Shown here: in pieces, positions 61,200 to 64,000 of the stretch
How positions within the stretch are numbered: position 1 is the stretch's first letter
Layout: each line of letters opens with the position of its first letter
Source of the DNA: Mobula birostris
Lineage: Eukaryota
DNA length: 64,000 nt
Direction: 5' to 3'
Assembly: GCF_030028105.1 (NCBI RefSeq)
Contig: NC_092395.1
Coordinates: 45,517,346-45,581,345 of the forward strand
The notes under the pieces: model-generated
Seen by the model: only the letters and a program-made list of their open reading frames with translations
Told to the model about the DNA's origin: nothing
Databases searched by the model: none
Translations under genes and position numbers: made by a program

Positions 61200-63505
61200 A
61201 CTACAACAGGAGATAGAAAAGGTGTACAAAAAGGCAATGCTAACATAGTCATGGGGAATTTCAATACGTAGGTAGATTGGGGAAATTGGGTTGGTGCTGG
61301 ATCCCAAAAGAAGGAATTTGTAGAGTATCTACAAGATGTTTTTTTAGTGGAGCTTGTGATTGAAAGCCAATTCTGGATTGAGTGTTGTGTAATGAACCAG
61401 ATTTGATTAGGGTGCTTAAGATAAAGGAACCCTCAGGAGGCAGTGATCATAATATGATAGAATTTACCATGCAGTTTGAGAGGGAGAAGATAAAGTCAGA
61501 TGTATCAGTATTACAGTGGAGTAAAGAGAATTACAGAGGTATGGGAGAGGAGTTGGCCAACGTCGATTGGAAGGAGACACTAGCAGAGATAATGGTAGAA
61601 CAGCAATGGTAGGAGTTTCTGGGAGCAATTAGGAAGGGACAGGATAGATACATCTTGAAGATGAAGTATTATAAGCAGTGTATGAGGTAATTGTGACTGA
61701 CAAGGGAAGTTAAAGACAACGTAAAAGCAAAAGAGAGGGCATATAATATAACAAAAATTAGTGGGAAGTTAGATAAGTGGGATGCTTTTAAAAAAGCAAC
61801 AGAAGGCAACTAAAAAGCCATAAGAAAATATTAAATATGCTAATAAGTTAACCAATAATATAAGAGATGATACCAAAAGTTTTTTAAAGATATTTCAAGA
61901 GTAAAAGAAGCGAGTGGATATCAGACTACTGGAAAATTATGTCGAGGAGGTAATAATGGGAGATAAAGAAATGGTGAATGAACTTAATAACTATTTTGTG
62001 TCAACTTCACTGTAGAAGACACAAGTAGAACACCAGAAATTTGAGAGTGGCAGGGGGCAGAAGTGAGTGTAGTTGCTATTATTAAGAAGGTGGTGTCTGG
62101 GAAGCTAAAGGTGCGAAGGTAGAAAAGTCACTGGACCAGATGGACTACACCCCAGGGTTCTGAAAGAGGCGGCTGAAGAGATAGTGGAGGCATTATAATG
62201 ATTTTCCAAGAATGAATAGATTCTCCACTGTTTCTGGAGGACCAGAAAATTGCAAATATCACAACACTCTTTAAGAAAGGAGGGAGGCAGAGATAAGAAA
62301 ATTATAGGCCAGCTAGCCTGATTTCAGTGGTTGGGAAGATGTTGTCGTCCATAATTAAGGATGAGGTTTCATGGTATTTGGAGGCACTTGATAAAATAGG
62401 TCAAAGATGGCATGGTTTCTTTAATATCTGTTGGAATTCTTTGAGGAACTAAGACAGGATAGACAAAGCAGAGTTAGTGGATGTTGTTCACTTGGATTTC
62501 AGAAGGCTTTTGACAAGACGCTACACATGAGGCTGCACAACAAGATAAGAGCCCATGGTTATGGAAAAGATACTAGCATGGAAAAAAGACTGGCTGAATG
62601 GCAGGAGGCAAAGACTGGCTACCGGTGACTAGTGGTGTTCAACTGCTTCTTTTCATGCTATTTAGATCATGGAATTGATGGCTGGTGGCTGAGTTTGGAG
62701 ATGATACTAAAGATAGGTGGAGGGGCATATAGTGGTGAGGAAGCAGGGAGTCTGCAGAAGGACTCAGACAGAATGAGAGAATGGGCAAAGATGTGGCAGC
62801 TGGACTATAGTATAGGGAACTTTATGATCATGCACCTAGGTAGAAGGAATAAAGGCCTAGACTATTTTCTAAACTTCCTTAATGGTTAACTTGCAGGTTT
62901 AGTCAGTGGTATGGAAGGCAAATGCAATGTTAGTATTCATTTCAAGAGGACTAGAATATAAGAGCAAGGATGTAATGCTGAGGTTTTGTAAGAGATTGAT
63001 CAGACCAGACTTGGAGTATTGTAAGCAATTTTGGCTGTGCTGGCATTAAGGGGGGTTCAGAGGAGTTTAAGGATTATTTGATGGCTTTGGGCCTGTATTA
63101 GCTGGAGTTTAGAAGAATGAAGGAGGATCTTTTTGAAACCTATTGAATATTGAAAGGCCTAGATAGAGTGGATGTGGAGAGGATATTGCCTATAGTGAAT
63201 GAACCTTGGCCCAAAGGACACAGCCTCAGAATAGAGTGATGTCCATTTTGAACAGAGATGAGGAGGAATTTCTTTAGCCAGAGGGTGGTGAATCTGTGTA
63301 ATTCATTGCCTTAGATCGCTGTGGAGCCAAGTCATGGAGTTTATTTAAATCAGAGGTTAATAGATTCTTGATTAGGCAGGGCATCAGTGGTACGGAGAGA
63401 ACGCAGAAGAAAGGGGTTGAGAGGGGTCATAAATCAACCATGATGTAATGGCAGAGCAGACTCAATGGGTCAAGTGGCCGAATTCTGCTCCAATGTCTTA
63501 TGGCC
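61200..63505 (+). mobile_element. Degraded CR1 LINE ORF2
   Basis: IVMGNFN, GGSDHNMIEF, GFQKAFDKTLHMRL; 3' tail gctccaatgtcttatgg; many stops and frameshifts. Confidence 0.9.
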
Positions 63506-64000
63506 CTACAGCTGGGGAAAGAGGATACACAGACATTCTGTTCCCAATCAATATCCATCTCAGAGCAAGTGAGATACAATTAGAGCCCAATGTGTCTCAG
63601 AAACTCTGCCAGGAAGAAATTCTAGCAGCTCCAGATAACAAAGAGGCAAGAGAGCTTAAACGACGGATGAGCACACACACAAGTCCTTTAGCCGACCAAG
63701 TCTGACCATTTTCAACCCACTGCATTTCAGTAATCCCATTCTGTATCAACCCCACTACCCACCCCCTTCCTTCCCCTCTACATCCCTCTCCCTGATTCTG
63801 CCACTCACCTTCACACGAGGGACAATTTACTGTGGTCTGTACATCTACCCACTCACACCTTGAGACGTGGGAGGAAACAAGAGCACCCAGATGACACCCA
63901 CGCAGTGACAGGGAGAACATGCTGGAAGTCAGGTGCACCGCAGTGCCGCCCTTTGCGCTACGTGTAACTGGGGAGACTGAAGTGGTACAGCACTGTAGTT

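Overview
Eukaryotic, intron-containing vertebrate DNA dominated by transposable elements. The repeat families (CR1 and Rex1/Babar LINEs, RTE and RTEX LINEs, Penelope-derived foldback elements, tRNA-SINE-like repeats) point to a cartilaginous fish, probably a ray (inference). The one complete host gene is a minus-strand papain-family (C1A) cathepsin L-like protease. I assembled it by hand from 7 GT-AG coding exons (41846->24102; 132+123+156+222+166+106+100 = 1005 nt, 334 aa) with intact catalytic Gln/Cys/His/Asn. A candidate TATA box and non-coding exon 1 lie at ~53.0 kb. The terminal exon of a second, diverged tandem paralog lies at 60180-60279. The main non-coding highlight is a family of Penelope-derived foldback elements, with one copy carrying an apparently intact minimal type-I hammerhead ribozyme motif (39541-39576) and two copies having 14-15 bp target-site duplications. 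Other features: a nested and internally deleted Gypsy element, an LTR with a tRNA-Ser-like primer binding site, two related solo LTRs, a hAT transposase relic, an RTE whose reading frame is restored by removing a nested CR1, and a 56-bp minisatellite. TE boundaries are approximate unless a TSD is quoted, and family names come from motif recognition, not database searches.
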